Shown here one piece after another: positions 10,403 to 19,835 of a stretch of DNA of 64,000 nucleotides. The notes beneath the pieces were generated by a model, which saw nothing but the letters and a program-made list of their open reading frames with translations, did not search any database and was not told the DNA's origin. Made by a program: the position numbers and the translations under genes. Position 1 is the stretch's first letter; every line of letters begins with the position of its first letter. The stretch comes from Christensenellales bacterium (GTDB lineage: Bacteria > Bacillota > Clostridia > Christensenellales > CAG-138), in contig JBGULC010000013.1 in the NCBI GenBank assembly GCA_045114775.1, positions 49,176 to 113,175 of the forward strand, written 5' to 3'.

Positions 10403-10708
10403 ATGAGGATTACCGAACACCCGATCCTTACCTTTGATCGCGGTAAGGAGCTCCATTTCACCTTCAACGGCGAGCCGATGAAGGGATATGAGGGAGAAAC
10501 GATCGCAGCCGCGCTTCATGCCGCAGGCGTCAAGGTGCTTGCGAAAAGCCCGGAACTGCACCGCCCGCGCGGGTTCTACTGTGCGATCGGAAACTGTGCT
10601 TCCTGTCAGATGGTCGTCGACGGAGAACCGAACGTCCGCACCTGCATCACGCTTCTCAAAGAGGGCATGCGGGTAGAGACACAGGACGGAAAGGGGAGGA
10701 TCGAATGA
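10403..10708 (+). CDS. [2Fe-2S] protein, equivalent to the N-terminal domain of proline dehydrogenase/sarcosine oxidase alpha subunits
   Basis: MRITEHPIL...GETIAAALHAAG...PRGFYCAIGNCASC...NVRTC. Confidence 0.85.
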   Translation: MRITEHPILTFDRGKELHFTFNGEPMKGYEGETIAAALHAAGVKVLAKSPELHRPRGFYCAIGNCASCQMVVDGEPNVRTCITLLKEGMRVETQDGKGRIE

Positions 10709-11787
10709 GAGAAGTTGAACTGCTGATCATCGGGTCCGGTCCCGCGGGCCTGTGCGCCGCGATCTCCGCGGCTTCGTCCGGCGCGAAGGTGCTCGTTTTA
10801 GAGCGCAGCTTTCGCCCCGGCGGACAGCTTATCAAGCAAACCCACATGTTCTTCGGCTCGGAGAGCCAGTACGCTTCCCACCGCGGTGTGGACATCGCCG
10901 GGATCCTTCTCAAAAAGATCGAGGAATTCGGCGACCGGATCGAGACCATGCTCAACGCCACCGCCGTCGGCTTTTACGAGGACAACGTGGTCACCGTGCT
11001 GAAGGACGAAAAGGAATACTTCAAGATCAAGGCGAAATCCGTCATCTGCGCCACCGGCGCGTATGAAAAGTCCCTTGCCTTCCCGAACAACGACCTGCCC
11101 GGCATCTACGGCGCAGGCGCCGTGCAGACGCTGATGAACGTTTACGGCGTCCGTCCCGGCAACCGTGTCCTCATGGTCGGCGCGGGCAACATCGGCGTGA
11201 TCGTGAGCTACCAGCTCATGCAGGCGGGCATCGAGGTCGTCGCGGTTCTCGACGCGGCGCCGCGCATCGGCGCATATCTGGTACACGCTTCCAAGCTTGC
11301 CAGAATGGGCGTACCGATCCTCACCTCCCACACAGTCAAGGAAGCGATCGGCACCGACTGTCTCGAAGCCGCGATCGTGTGTGAAGTGGACGAAAAGTTC
11401 CGGCCGATCCCCGGCACCGAAAAGCGCTATGACGTCGACGTCATGTGCATCTCGGTCGGCCTGAGCCCCCTAAACGAGCTTCTTGCTATGCGCGGTGTGG
11501 ATATGAAATACGTCGCGCAGCTAAGCGGCTACGTTCCCATGCGCACCGAAAACTGCGAGACCTGCATCCCCGGCATTTTCGTCGCGGGCGACGCCTCCGG
11601 CATTGAGGAGGCGAGTTCCGCCATGGCGGAGGGTTACCTTGCGGGACTTTGCGCCGCCGCAAAGCTCGGCTATGAGCCGGAGGATTATGAGCAGCGCAGG
11701 CAGACGTACCTCGGGCAGCTTGAGGATCTGCGTTCCGGCCCCGTCGGCGATCGGATCCGTGCCGGCATGAAAATCAGTCAGCTGTAA
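10705..11787 (+). CDS. NAD(P)/FAD-dependent oxidoreductase (alpha-subunit flavoprotein portion)
   Basis: GSGPAG, ATGA, second Rossmann motif VGAGNIG, FVAGDASG; ATGA overlap with the upstream gene. Confidence 0.88.
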   Translation: MREVELLIIGSGPAGLCAAISAASSGAKVLVLERSFRPGGQLIKQTHMFFGSESQYASHRGVDIAGILLKKIEEFGDRIETMLNATAVGFYEDNVVTVLKDEKEYFKIKAKSVICATGAYEKSLAFPNNDLPGIYGAGAVQTLMNVYGVRPGNRVLMVGAGNIGVIVSYQLMQAGIEVVAVLDAAPRIGAYLVHASKLARMGVPILTSHTVKEAIGTDCLEAAIVCEVDEKFRPIPGTEKRYDVDVMCISVGLSPLNELLAMRGVDMKYVAQLSGYVPMRTENCETCIPGIFVAGDASGIEEASSAMAEGYLAGLCAAAKLGYEPEDYEQRRQTYLGQLEDLRSGPVGDRIRAGMKISQL

Positions 11788-11800
11788 GGAGGTAAGGAAT

Positions 11801-12289
11801 ATGTTTGAGAAAACAGGCGTGGCCTCCCGTGAAATGGTCATGGAAAAATTCCCCTCTGTCGAGCGGATCAACAAAGGTCCCGTCGCGGTGGTGGAATGCT
11901 ATCAGAAGATCCCCTGCAACCCGTGTCAGACCGCCTGCCCCGTCGGTGCGATCCGAATCGGTGACGACATCAACAACATCCCCGCGCGGGATGAAAACCT
12001 CTGCGGCGGCTGCGGACTCTGCGTTTCCAAGTGCCCCGGTCTGGCGATCATGATCGTCGACGGTTCCAAATCGGCTGAAACCGTGGAATTCCGCATCCCC
12101 TACGAGTTCCTGCCGCTGCCCGAGGCGGGCGAAACGGTCATCGGGCTTGACCGCGCGGGACAGCCGATCTGCAAGGCGCTGGTCAAACGGGTCATGAATC
12201 CTGCCTCCTTCGACCGCACGCCGGTCGTCACGCTCGAGGTAGACCGCAAGTATCTCTATGACTTCAGAAACTTCAGGAGGGAGGCGTAA
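11801..12289 (+). CDS. 2x[4Fe-4S] ferredoxin-domain subunit (gamma/PdhF-like)
   Basis: CYQKIPCNPCQTACP and CGGCGLCVSKCP; PYEFLPLP C-terminal domain. Confidence 0.85.
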   Translation: MFEKTGVASREMVMEKFPSVERINKGPVAVVECYQKIPCNPCQTACPVGAIRIGDDINNIPARDENLCGGCGLCVSKCPGLAIMIVDGSKSAETVEFRIPYEFLPLPEAGETVIGLDRAGQPICKALVKRVMNPASFDRTPVVTLEVDRKYLYDFRNFRREA

Positions 12290-12293
12290 GCAC

Positions 12294-12575
12294 ATGGATG
12301 AAAACACCATTATTTGCCGCTGCTCCGACGTTACGCTGAAGCAGATCAGAGACCTCATCGCGCAGGGCTATGTGACCTACGACGAGATCAAGCGCATCAC
12401 GCGCGTCGGCATGGGCCCGTGCCAGGGCAAGACCTGCGGGCAGCTCGTGCTTCGGGAGATCGCCAATGCGACCGGTCAGAGCATGGCGGATCTTAAGTTC
12501 CATAACCTTCGTCCCCCGGTGGTGGGCGTCAAGCTGCATTTGATTGCGGAGGAGGCCGAAAGACATGAAGACTAA
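12294..12575 (+). CDS. BFD-like [2Fe-2S] subunit (delta/PdhX-like)
   Basis: IICRCSDVT...KRITRVGMGPCQGKTC...RPP; start at MDENT after GGAGG. Confidence 0.85.
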   Translation: MDENTIICRCSDVTLKQIRDLIAQGYVTYDEIKRITRVGMGPCQGKTCGQLVLREIANATGQSMADLKFHNLRPPVVGVKLHLIAEEAERHED

Positions 12576-13713
12576 AGCGGATATCGTCATCATCGGCGCC
12601 GGTATGTCCGGCTGCTCCATTGCCTACAACCTCGCAGTCCGCGGCGCGAAGAACATCGTCGTGCTCGAGAAGGGCTTCATCTGCTCCGGCTCCACCGGCG
12701 CATGCGGCGCAGGCTTCCGTATGCAGTGGGGCACCGAAATGAACTGCCGCATGTCCAAGTTCTCCACGGAGTTCTATGAGCACGCAAACGAGATCCTCGA
12801 ATACGACGGCGACATCGAGCTGCGTCAGAGCGGCTATCTGATGATCGCCGACACCGAGAAGGAGCTTACGCAGTTTAGGAAGAACGTCGAGGTCCAGCAC
12901 GCCTGCGGGATCCCGTCTCGCATGATGAGCCTGGAGGAAGCGAAGGAACTGGTCCCGCACCTCAACACCGACATCCTTTCCGGCGCGGCCTATTGCCCGA
13001 AGGACGGCTTTCTGAACCCGCACAAGACCACCGACGCGTTCTATAAAGCCGCAAAACGTCTCGGCGTCGAGTTCAACACGTTCACCGAGGTCACGGGCAT
13101 CAGGGTCGAACACGGCCGCGTCGTCGGCGTGGAGACCAACAAAGGCTATATCGAGACCCGCATCGTCGTCAACGCCGCAAACGCCTGGTCGCAGGGCATT
13201 GCAAAGATGGTCGGGCTGGAGCTGCCGCTCTATTCGGAGCGTCACCAGATCCTCGTCACCGAACCGGTCGAGCATATGCAGGATCCGATGGTCATGGCGT
13301 TCAACCTGAACCTCTATGTGCAGCAGACGCCGCACGGCTCGTTCATCATGGGCCGCAGCGACTCCGGCGAGCCGAGAGATCTTCGGCGCACCTCCTCGTG
13401 GCACTTCCTGGAGGAAATGGCGAAGACGATCGACAACGTGCTCCCCGCCATCGGCAAGCTTCGCGTGATCCGTCAGTGGGCCGGTCTTTACAACATGTCT
13501 CCGGACCGTCAGCCCATCTACGACAAGGCGGAAAACGTCGAGGGCTTCTATATGGCGGTCGGCTTCAGCGGGCACGGCTTTATGTTCGGTCCCGTCACCG
13601 GCACCGTCATGTCCGAAATGATCCTTGGCCTTACGCCAACCATTGACGCATCGCGGCTCAGGCTTTCCCGTTTTGCAGAGGGCAATCTGTTTACCGAACC
13701 GTCGGTCGTGTAA
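12565..13713 (+). CDS. FAD-dependent amino-acid dehydrogenase, DAO family (proline dehydrogenase/sarcosine oxidase beta-like)
   Basis: IIGAGMSG, GSTG, RQWAGLYNMSPDRQPI, GFSGHGFMFGP; start at MKTKAD after GGAGG. Confidence 0.88.
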   Translation: MKTKADIVIIGAGMSGCSIAYNLAVRGAKNIVVLEKGFICSGSTGACGAGFRMQWGTEMNCRMSKFSTEFYEHANEILEYDGDIELRQSGYLMIADTEKELTQFRKNVEVQHACGIPSRMMSLEEAKELVPHLNTDILSGAAYCPKDGFLNPHKTTDAFYKAAKRLGVEFNTFTEVTGIRVEHGRVVGVETNKGYIETRIVVNAANAWSQGIAKMVGLELPLYSERHQILVTEPVEHMQDPMVMAFNLNLYVQQTPHGSFIMGRSDSGEPRDLRRTSSWHFLEEMAKTIDNVLPAIGKLRVIRQWAGLYNMSPDRQPIYDKAENVEGFYMAVGFSGHGFMFGPVTGTVMSEMILGLTPTIDASRLRLSRFAEGNLFTEPSVV

Positions 13714-13730
13714 GAATCAACTGAAAATCA

Positions 13731-13758
13731 GAGGCTGTCGTAACGACAGCCTTTGTTC
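13731..13758 (+). terminator. Rho-independent terminator
   Basis: AGGCTGTCG-TAA-CGACAGCCT followed by TTGTTCTT. Confidence 0.65.
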
Positions 13759-13993
13759 TTATACGGGAAAATCGCTTGCGCGACGAGCGGTTTGAAAGTT
13801 TGCGCAGGCTTCCGTGCGATCTGCCTGCGGAACGCAGCGCAAAGAAGGGTATACGGTCGTCATGCAGCAGAATGGGTTCTTTCGATCCTTTGAATCCGGG
13901 CAACAGCCGATCCCGAACAGGAAAAACCGAAAACAGAAGGTCGGTTTGCTGTCAAACTGCTTGGCAAAATGCGGCAAACGGCCGATACGGCTC

Positions 13994-14022
13994 TTGCGCT
14001 TCCGTTAATTATCGTGTAAAAT
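13994..14022 (+). promoter_or_regulatory. Sigma-A-type promoter of the GH32 gene
   Basis: TTGCGC-17 bp-TAAAAT. Confidence 0.5.
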
Positions 14023-14057
14023 AATATATCATAACGAACGCGGAAAGGAAGACGACC

Positions 14058-15524
14058 ATGAAGACGTGGACGAAGGAAGAACGCTATCGCGTGCTGCAAA
14101 GCGCAGAGGAGATCCGTGACCTGCACGAGCGCATCGCGCAGTCGGACTATCGCCAGCAGTATCACATCCAGCCTGTCACGGGACTGTTGAACGATCCGAA
14201 CGGCTTCGTCTTCCATGACGGCGTCTGGCATCTGTTCTATCAATGGTGCCCGTGGGGCGCGGTCCACGGCTTGAAGTACTGGTATCACACGGTTTCCAGG
14301 GATCTTGTCGGCTGGCGCAACAAGGGCGTCTGCATCCGTCCCGACACGGAGTACGATAATAAAGGCGCCTATTCCGGCTCCGCACTGCCGACCGACGACG
14401 CCGTTTGGCTGTACTATACGGGCAATCACCGTGACGAGGACTGGACGCGGCGGCCGTACACCTGCGTCGTAAGACTGAACGACGACGGATCCGCAAAAAA
14501 GCTTCCGCCGCTGTTCGGACCGAATCCGGATTATACGGAGCATCAGCGCGATCCGAAGATCATCCACAACGAGCAAAACGGGAAGTATTACCTCGTTATC
14601 GGCGCGCAGACCAAGGAGAAACACGGCTGCGTGATGATCTACATATCGGATGCGCCGACGGAGGGATGGACGTTTGCGGGACAGCTCAGGGTCCCGGGCT
14701 TCGAGGACTTCGGCGACATGTGGGAGTGCCCGTCGATCGAAACGATCAGCGGATACGACGTGCTGATCTTCTGCCCGCAGCACCTCAAGCTGCCCGGGAG
14801 AGGGGAGTCCGTGCATCACAACGGGTATCTGCTCGGACACATGGATTGGGAAACGCTCACCTTCACGCCGGACAACACGCGCTTCCACGTGCTGGACTTC
14901 GGCTTTGATTCCTATGCCGCCGAATGCGCTGCCAATCCGAACGATAAGAACAAGGCGACGCTCGTCGCGTGGATGGGCCTGCCCGACGCGTCCTATCCGA
15001 CCGACGAGGAGGACTGGTCCGGCTGTCTGACGCTGCCGCGCGAGCTCAGAGTGCGGGATCGCCGCCTGATCCAACAGCCGCTGGATGAGCTGCGCGCGCT
15101 TCGCGGGAACAAGGTCGATCTGGAATCCACCGATCTTTTGCCGCGTGTGTGCGAGCTGGAACTGATCAGCCGCGGCGGCGATCTGGATCTCAGACTGTTT
15201 GCGCACGCGGACGGTTCCGGCGGCTTGCGCATTGCCTACGACGACGCACAGAAAACGATCACGGTCGACCGCTCCGGTATGGCGAAACGCTTCAATACCG
15301 AGCAGGGCGAATCGCGCACGCGCCCGCTGCCGAAAGGCCTGTTCCATCTGCGCATCTTCATCGACCGCAGCTCCGTCGAGATCTTCGTCAACGACGGCGA
15401 CGCCGTGTTTTCCTCCCGCATCTTCCCGACGCCGGGAGAGAAGCGGCTGTTTGCGAAGGGCGACGTCTCGATCCATCTTTGGGAGCTGAACCGCGCGGTG
15501 CAGGACGATTTCACGGTGGATTGA
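14058..15524 (+). CDS. scrB: Sucrose-6-phosphate hydrolase (GH32)
   Basis: LLNDPNG, YSGSA, QRDPK, MWECP, LDFGFDSYA, DRSSVEIF; no signal peptide; near a sucrose-type PTS. Confidence 0.92.
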   Translation: MKTWTKEERYRVLQSAEEIRDLHERIAQSDYRQQYHIQPVTGLLNDPNGFVFHDGVWHLFYQWCPWGAVHGLKYWYHTVSRDLVGWRNKGVCIRPDTEYDNKGAYSGSALPTDDAVWLYYTGNHRDEDWTRRPYTCVVRLNDDGSAKKLPPLFGPNPDYTEHQRDPKIIHNEQNGKYYLVIGAQTKEKHGCVMIYISDAPTEGWTFAGQLRVPGFEDFGDMWECPSIETISGYDVLIFCPQHLKLPGRGESVHHNGYLLGHMDWETLTFTPDNTRFHVLDFGFDSYAAECAANPNDKNKATLVAWMGLPDASYPTDEEDWSGCLTLPRELRVRDRRLIQQPLDELRALRGNKVDLESTDLLPRVCELELISRGGDLDLRLFAHADGSGGLRIAYDDAQKTITVDRSGMAKRFNTEQGESRTRPLPKGLFHLRIFIDRSSVEIFVNDGDAVFSSRIFPTPGEKRLFAKGDVSIHLWELNRAVQDDFTVD

Positions 15525-15536
15525 CGAAAATACGGG

Positions 15537-15564
15537 AAAGCAGGACATACGTGTCCTGCTTTTT
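15537..15564 (+). terminator. Rho-independent terminator
   Basis: AAAGCAGGACA-TACG-TGTCCTGCTTTTT. Confidence 0.7.
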
Positions 15565-15596
15565 GCGTTCAGCGGAAAAGACGTGACGGCTTTTCC

Positions 15597-15625
15597 TTGC
15601 ATTTGCTTCGACGATACGGTATACT
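15597..15625 (+). promoter_or_regulatory. Promoter of the fructokinase-amylosucrase-HAD operon
   Basis: TTGCAT-17 bp-TATACT. Confidence 0.55.
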
Positions 15626-15669
15626 GAAAACAACAGAGCGGCGCCACCGTTCGCAGAAAGGATAGTGTA

Positions 15670-16608
15670 ATGATGAAAATCACGACCATCGGAGAGATCC
15701 TGATCGACATGACGCAGACAGGGACGGATGCGAACGGCAACGCGATCTTTGCCGCGATCCCGGGCGGCGCGCCCGCCAACGTTGCGGTCGCCGCGCGCAA
15801 GCTCGGCGTGGAGACGGCGTTCGTCGGCTGCGTCGGAAACGATCCGTTCGGCGAGATCCTGAAGCGCACGCTCGAGCGCTACGGCGTGGACGACAGCGCG
15901 CTGCAGACGACGGATCATGCAGATACGACGCTTGCCGTCGTGACCGTCGATCCGCACGGCGAGCGCAGCTTCGCCTTTTGCCGGAAGCCCGGCGCGGACA
16001 CACAGATCGACCGCGAACGCGCGCTTGAAGCGGTTTCGCACACGGACATTCTGCATTTCGGAAGCGTTTCGCTGGCGGCGGAGGCTTGCCGCGATACGAT
16101 CGTTTCCGCGGTGCGCCGCGCAAAGGAGAACGGCGCGCTGATCACCTACGATCCGAATTACCGCGCTTCGCTCTGGAACAGCGAAGCGGAAGCGATCGCG
16201 ATCATGCGCTCGGTGCTGCCGCTTTGCGATATCGTGAAGATCAGCGAGGAGGAGACGCTCCTTTTGACGGGGCGCGAGGCGCCGGAGGAGGCTGCGCAGG
16301 CGTTGATGGAGCAGGGCGTTACGCTCGCGATCGTCACGCTCGGCGCAAACGGCGCCTATTGGAGATACGGCGCGGATTCCGGCACGGTCCCGGGATTCAG
16401 GGTCAAGGTCGCCGACACCAACGGCGCGGGCGATACGTTCTTCGGCGCGTTTCTGAGCCGCGTCGCCAAGCACGGCGGGCTGTTCCGCATGCGGCCGGAC
16501 CGGATCGAACGTTATGTGCGCTACGCGAACCGCGCGGCGTCGATCACGGCAAGCCGTCCCGGCGCGATCCCCGCAATGCCGACTGAAGATGAACTGACGG
16601 AGGAATAA
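15670..16608 (+). CDS. scrK: PfkB-family carbohydrate kinase, probably fructokinase
   Basis: GGAPANVA, YDPNYR, VKISEEE, DTNGAGDTFFG. Confidence 0.88.
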   Translation: MMKITTIGEILIDMTQTGTDANGNAIFAAIPGGAPANVAVAARKLGVETAFVGCVGNDPFGEILKRTLERYGVDDSALQTTDHADTTLAVVTVDPHGERSFAFCRKPGADTQIDRERALEAVSHTDILHFGSVSLAAEACRDTIVSAVRRAKENGALITYDPNYRASLWNSEAEAIAIMRSVLPLCDIVKISEEETLLLTGREAPEEAAQALMEQGVTLAIVTLGANGAYWRYGADSGTVPGFRVKVADTNGAGDTFFGAFLSRVAKHGGLFRMRPDRIERYVRYANRAASITASRPGAIPAMPTEDELTEE

Positions 16609-16611
16609 GCC

Positions 16612-18462
16612 ATGATGGAACGCGAGCACTGGGCACAGGAGTTTACCGCAAGATACGTCCTCCGCGAGGACGAGCTGAAATGGCTCTACTGCGAGCTGTA
16701 TCACAACGACATGAAGGCATATCGGTACTTTGTCGATATGCTGTACCGCGCTTACGGGGCGCGGCCCGAATCCCTGAAGAATATGGACCGCGCGCGGGAA
16801 GCGTATCCCGAATGGTACCGCGGACACGACCTTGTCGGCATGCTGATGTATGTCAACGCCTTCGCGGGAACGCTCAAGGGCGTCAAGAAAAAGATCGACT
16901 ACATCACCGACTGCGGGGTCAACTATCTGCATCTGATGCCGCTTCTCGAAAGCCCGAAGGGCAGAAGCGACGGCGGCTACGCGGTCAGCGATTTCCGGAA
17001 GGTGCAGCCCGAGCTCGGCACGATGGATGACCTTCTTTCGTTGTCCGAGGCGTGTCACGAGCGCGGCATCGCCGTTTGTCTCGACTTCGTCATGAACCAT
17101 ACGAGCGAGGATCACGAGTGGGCGAAGCGCGCGCGCGCCGGCGAGAAGGAATATCAGGACCGGTATTTCTTCTATGACAACTGGGAGATCCCGAATGCGT
17201 ACGAGCAGACCGTCCCGCAGGTGTTCCCGACGACCGCGCCGGGCAACTTTACCTGGTGCGAGGAAGCGAAAAAGGTCGTGATGACGACGTTCTATCCGTA
17301 TCAGTGGGACCTCAATTACGCGAATCCGACCGTGTTCAACGATATGACGGACAATATGCTGTTCCTCTGCAATCACGGCGTGGACATCATCCGGCTCGAC
17401 GCGGTGCCGTATATCTGGAAAGCGCTCGGCACGCAGTGCCGCAATCTCAAAGAGGTCCATTCGCTCGTGCGCATGATGCGCATGGTCTGCGAGATCGTGT
17501 GCCCGGGCACGCTGCTTCTGGGCGAGGTCGTGATGGAGCCCTCTAAGGTCGTTCCGTATTTCGGAACGGTCGAAAAGCCCGAATGCCATCTGCTCTATAA
17601 CGTGACCACGATGGCGTCCATCTGGCATACGGTCGCCACGAAGGACGTACGGCTTTTGAAGCATCAGATGGAGCAGGTGTTCTCGCTCCCGAAGGAATAC
17701 ACGTTCCTGAATTATCTCCGCTGCCACGACGATATCGGCTGGGGATTGGATTACGGTTTTTTGCGCTGCTTCGGGCAGGAGGAGATCCCGCACAAGAAAT
17801 ACCTCAACGACTATCTGACCGGCAAATGGCTGGGCAGCTTCGCCCGCGGCGAGCTGTACAACGACGATCCGCGGCTCGGCGACGCGCGGCTTTGCGGCAC
17901 GACCGCTTCGCTCTGCGGCATTGAAGCGGCGGAGCAGAGCGGCGACAAGGCGGCGCTTTCGGACGCCATCCGGCGTGACGCCATGCTGCACGCGCTGATG
18001 TTTACGATGAGCGGCGTTCCGGTTTTGTACAGCGGCGACGAGATCGCTGCGGAGAACGACTACGCGTACCACGACGATCCTTTGCGGGCGGAGGACAGCC
18101 GCTACCTGCACCGCGGGAATCTCGACTGGAAGAAGGCGGCGCGCAGGGGACTGAAAACCTCGACCGAGGGCAAGGTCTTCCGCGCGATCAAGCGGCAGGA
18201 GGAGCTCAGAGCCGAATATCGCGTATTCGACGACGCAGCGGACACCTGGGCGCTTGAAACGCACAACGATCACGTGCTCGGGATCGGGCGGTATTATCAA
18301 AAGGAAAAGCTGCTGGCGCTGTTCAATTTCTCGGACGAGCAGCAGATCGCATGGGTGCAGGATCTGAGCATGTTTACAGATCTGATCACCGGCGAACGCC
18401 GCGACGCGGGCGCTGTGACGCTCCCGGCGGGCGGTTACATCTGGCTTTGGCAGACATTATAA
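16612..18462 (+). CDS. Amylosucrase/sucrose hydrolase (GH13 subfamily 4-like), cytoplasmic
   Basis: SDGGYAVSD, DFVMNHTS, QWDLN, RLDAV (nucleophile), GEVV (acid/base), RCHDDIGW, RLCGTTASLCG; no signal peptide. Confidence 0.85.
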   Translation: MMEREHWAQEFTARYVLREDELKWLYCELYHNDMKAYRYFVDMLYRAYGARPESLKNMDRAREAYPEWYRGHDLVGMLMYVNAFAGTLKGVKKKIDYITDCGVNYLHLMPLLESPKGRSDGGYAVSDFRKVQPELGTMDDLLSLSEACHERGIAVCLDFVMNHTSEDHEWAKRARAGEKEYQDRYFFYDNWEIPNAYEQTVPQVFPTTAPGNFTWCEEAKKVVMTTFYPYQWDLNYANPTVFNDMTDNMLFLCNHGVDIIRLDAVPYIWKALGTQCRNLKEVHSLVRMMRMVCEIVCPGTLLLGEVVMEPSKVVPYFGTVEKPECHLLYNVTTMASIWHTVATKDVRLLKHQMEQVFSLPKEYTFLNYLRCHDDIGWGLDYGFLRCFGQEEIPHKKYLNDYLTGKWLGSFARGELYNDDPRLGDARLCGTTASLCGIEAAEQSGDKAALSDAIRRDAMLHALMFTMSGVPVLYSGDEIAAENDYAYHDDPLRAEDSRYLHRGNLDWKKAARRGLKTSTEGKVFRAIKRQEELRAEYRVFDDAADTWALETHNDHVLGIGRYYQKEKLLALFNFSDEQQIAWVQDLSMFTDLITGERRDAGAVTLPAGGYIWLWQTL

Positions 18463-18475
18463 GCGGAGGGGAATC

Positions 18476-19300
18476 ATGAACCGAAAACTGATCTTTCTGG
18501 ACATCGACGGCACGCTGACCCCGGCAGGCAGCAACACGCCCCCCGCGAGCGCGATGCGGGCCATCAAAGCGGCGCAGAAGAACGGACATCTCGTGTTCCT
18601 CTGCACGGGGCGCAATCCCGCCATGCTCGCGCCGGTGCTGGCGCTCGGATTCGAGGGCGCGGTCGCGGCGGCGGGCGGCTATGTATTCGCGGGCGACAAG
18701 GTGCTCTTTGATTGCCCGATGACGCCGGAGCAGCTCGAAACCGGCATGCGGCTTCTGAAGGAAAACGGCGTGTTCCGCACGATCGAGGCGAAGGACGCGA
18801 CCTGGGGCGACGAGGACCTCGGCGATTTTCTCGCAAGCGCGGGGGAGGGCAACAGCGAGCTCGTGCGCTGGCGCAAGGCGCTCGCGGAGGAACTGAACAT
18901 CCTGCCGATGCACGAATACGACGGGCGTCCGGTCTATAAGATCGTGTTCATGTGTACCGAGGCGAAGCAGCTTGTTCCGGCGAGAGAAGCGCTGGAAAAG
19001 GATTTCAAGTTTGTCGTGCAGGACGTCGCCGCGCATCACTGCCTGAACGGCGAGCTGATCAACCGCAATTTCGACAAGGGCAAGGGCGTGCGCATCGTCG
19101 CGGACGCGTTCGGGATCGCGATCGAGGACACGATCGGCTTCGGCGACAGCATGAACGACCTTGAAATGATCGAAACGGTCGGCACCTCGGTCTGCATGGA
19201 CAACGGCAGCCCGAAGCTCAAGGAAGTGAGCGACATCGTCTGTCCCGCGGTAGACGCGGACGGCCTTGCGATCGCCTTTGCACAACTGGGTTTGATTTGA
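18476..19300 (+). CDS. Cof-type HAD-IIB phosphatase
   Basis: FLDIDGTL, CTGR, DKGKG, GFGDSMNDLEMI. Confidence 0.92.
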   Translation: MNRKLIFLDIDGTLTPAGSNTPPASAMRAIKAAQKNGHLVFLCTGRNPAMLAPVLALGFEGAVAAAGGYVFAGDKVLFDCPMTPEQLETGMRLLKENGVFRTIEAKDATWGDEDLGDFLASAGEGNSELVRWRKALAEELNILPMHEYDGRPVYKIVFMCTEAKQLVPAREALEKDFKFVVQDVAAHHCLNGELINRNFDKGKGVRIVADAFGIAIEDTIGFGDSMNDLEMIETVGTSVCMDNGSPKLKEVSDIVCPAVDADGLAIAFAQLGLI

Positions 19301-19306
19301 AAAGAG

Positions 19307-19332
19307 AAAGGACTGCGTACCACAGTCCTTTT
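19307..19332. terminator. Bidirectional terminator between convergent genes
   Basis: AAAGGACTG-CGTACCA-CAGTCCTTTT. Confidence 0.6.
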
Positions 19333-19333
19333 G

Positions 19334-19633
19334 CTATTCTATCGTATCTCGGACGGAGAAACGCCGTTCCGAGGGATCCGGCGCGATCGGTTCGATCGCG
19401 CAATGCGTGATCCGGATGTGCGGCTGGCTCTTAAGCTGCAGCACAAACCGCCGGAGATCGGAAACGCCGCCCTGCACCTCGGACTCCACGCGCCCGTCCG
19501 GAAGGTTTCGAACCCAGCCGGAAAGGTTGAGCTTCTTTGCCAGAAGCCGCGCGGTATAGCGGAAGCCGACGAACTGTACGTCGCCTTCGAACAGAATATG
19601 CCACCGCGTCGGGTTGTTCGTTCGTTCCTCCAT
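19334..19633 (-). CDS. acyP: Acylphosphatase
   Basis: GDVQFVGFR and GWVRNLPDGRVE motifs; start at MEERT after AAGGAG. Confidence 0.85.
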   Translation of the reverse strand: MEERTNNPTRWHILFEGDVQFVGFRYTARLLAKKLNLSGWVRNLPDGRVESEVQGGVSDLRRFVLQLKSQPHIRITHCAIEPIAPDPSERRFSVRDTIE

Positions 19634-19741
19634 CCGCCGCTCCTTTCGGATCCCAGTATAGCATGCGGACGCGAAAAAGAAAAGCGGAAACACGGACAAA
19701 ACAGAGAAATATATAAATTTGCGCCGATACAGAAATAGTAT

Positions 19742-19770
19742 TTGCGTTTTGCGAAAACATACGGTATAAT
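19742..19770 (+). promoter_or_regulatory. Promoter of the PTS operon
   Basis: TTGCGT-17 bp-TATAAT. Confidence 0.6.
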
Positions 19771-19835
19771 GTATAAGAATACAGACCTTTTTCAGCTCCG
19801 AAGGAGGTTTGAATCAAAAAGGGGGTAAGCAATCT

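Noticed and set aside
15511-18300. 929-aa minus-strand ORF, and similar long ORFs at 1285-2820, 8692-10347, 13860-15869, 22666-24117, 32401-33735, 39510-40982, 52755-54119 and 56050-57333
   Set aside because: All lie antisense to well-supported genes and have no recognisable motifs; they are shadow ORFs expected from high-GC codon bias.
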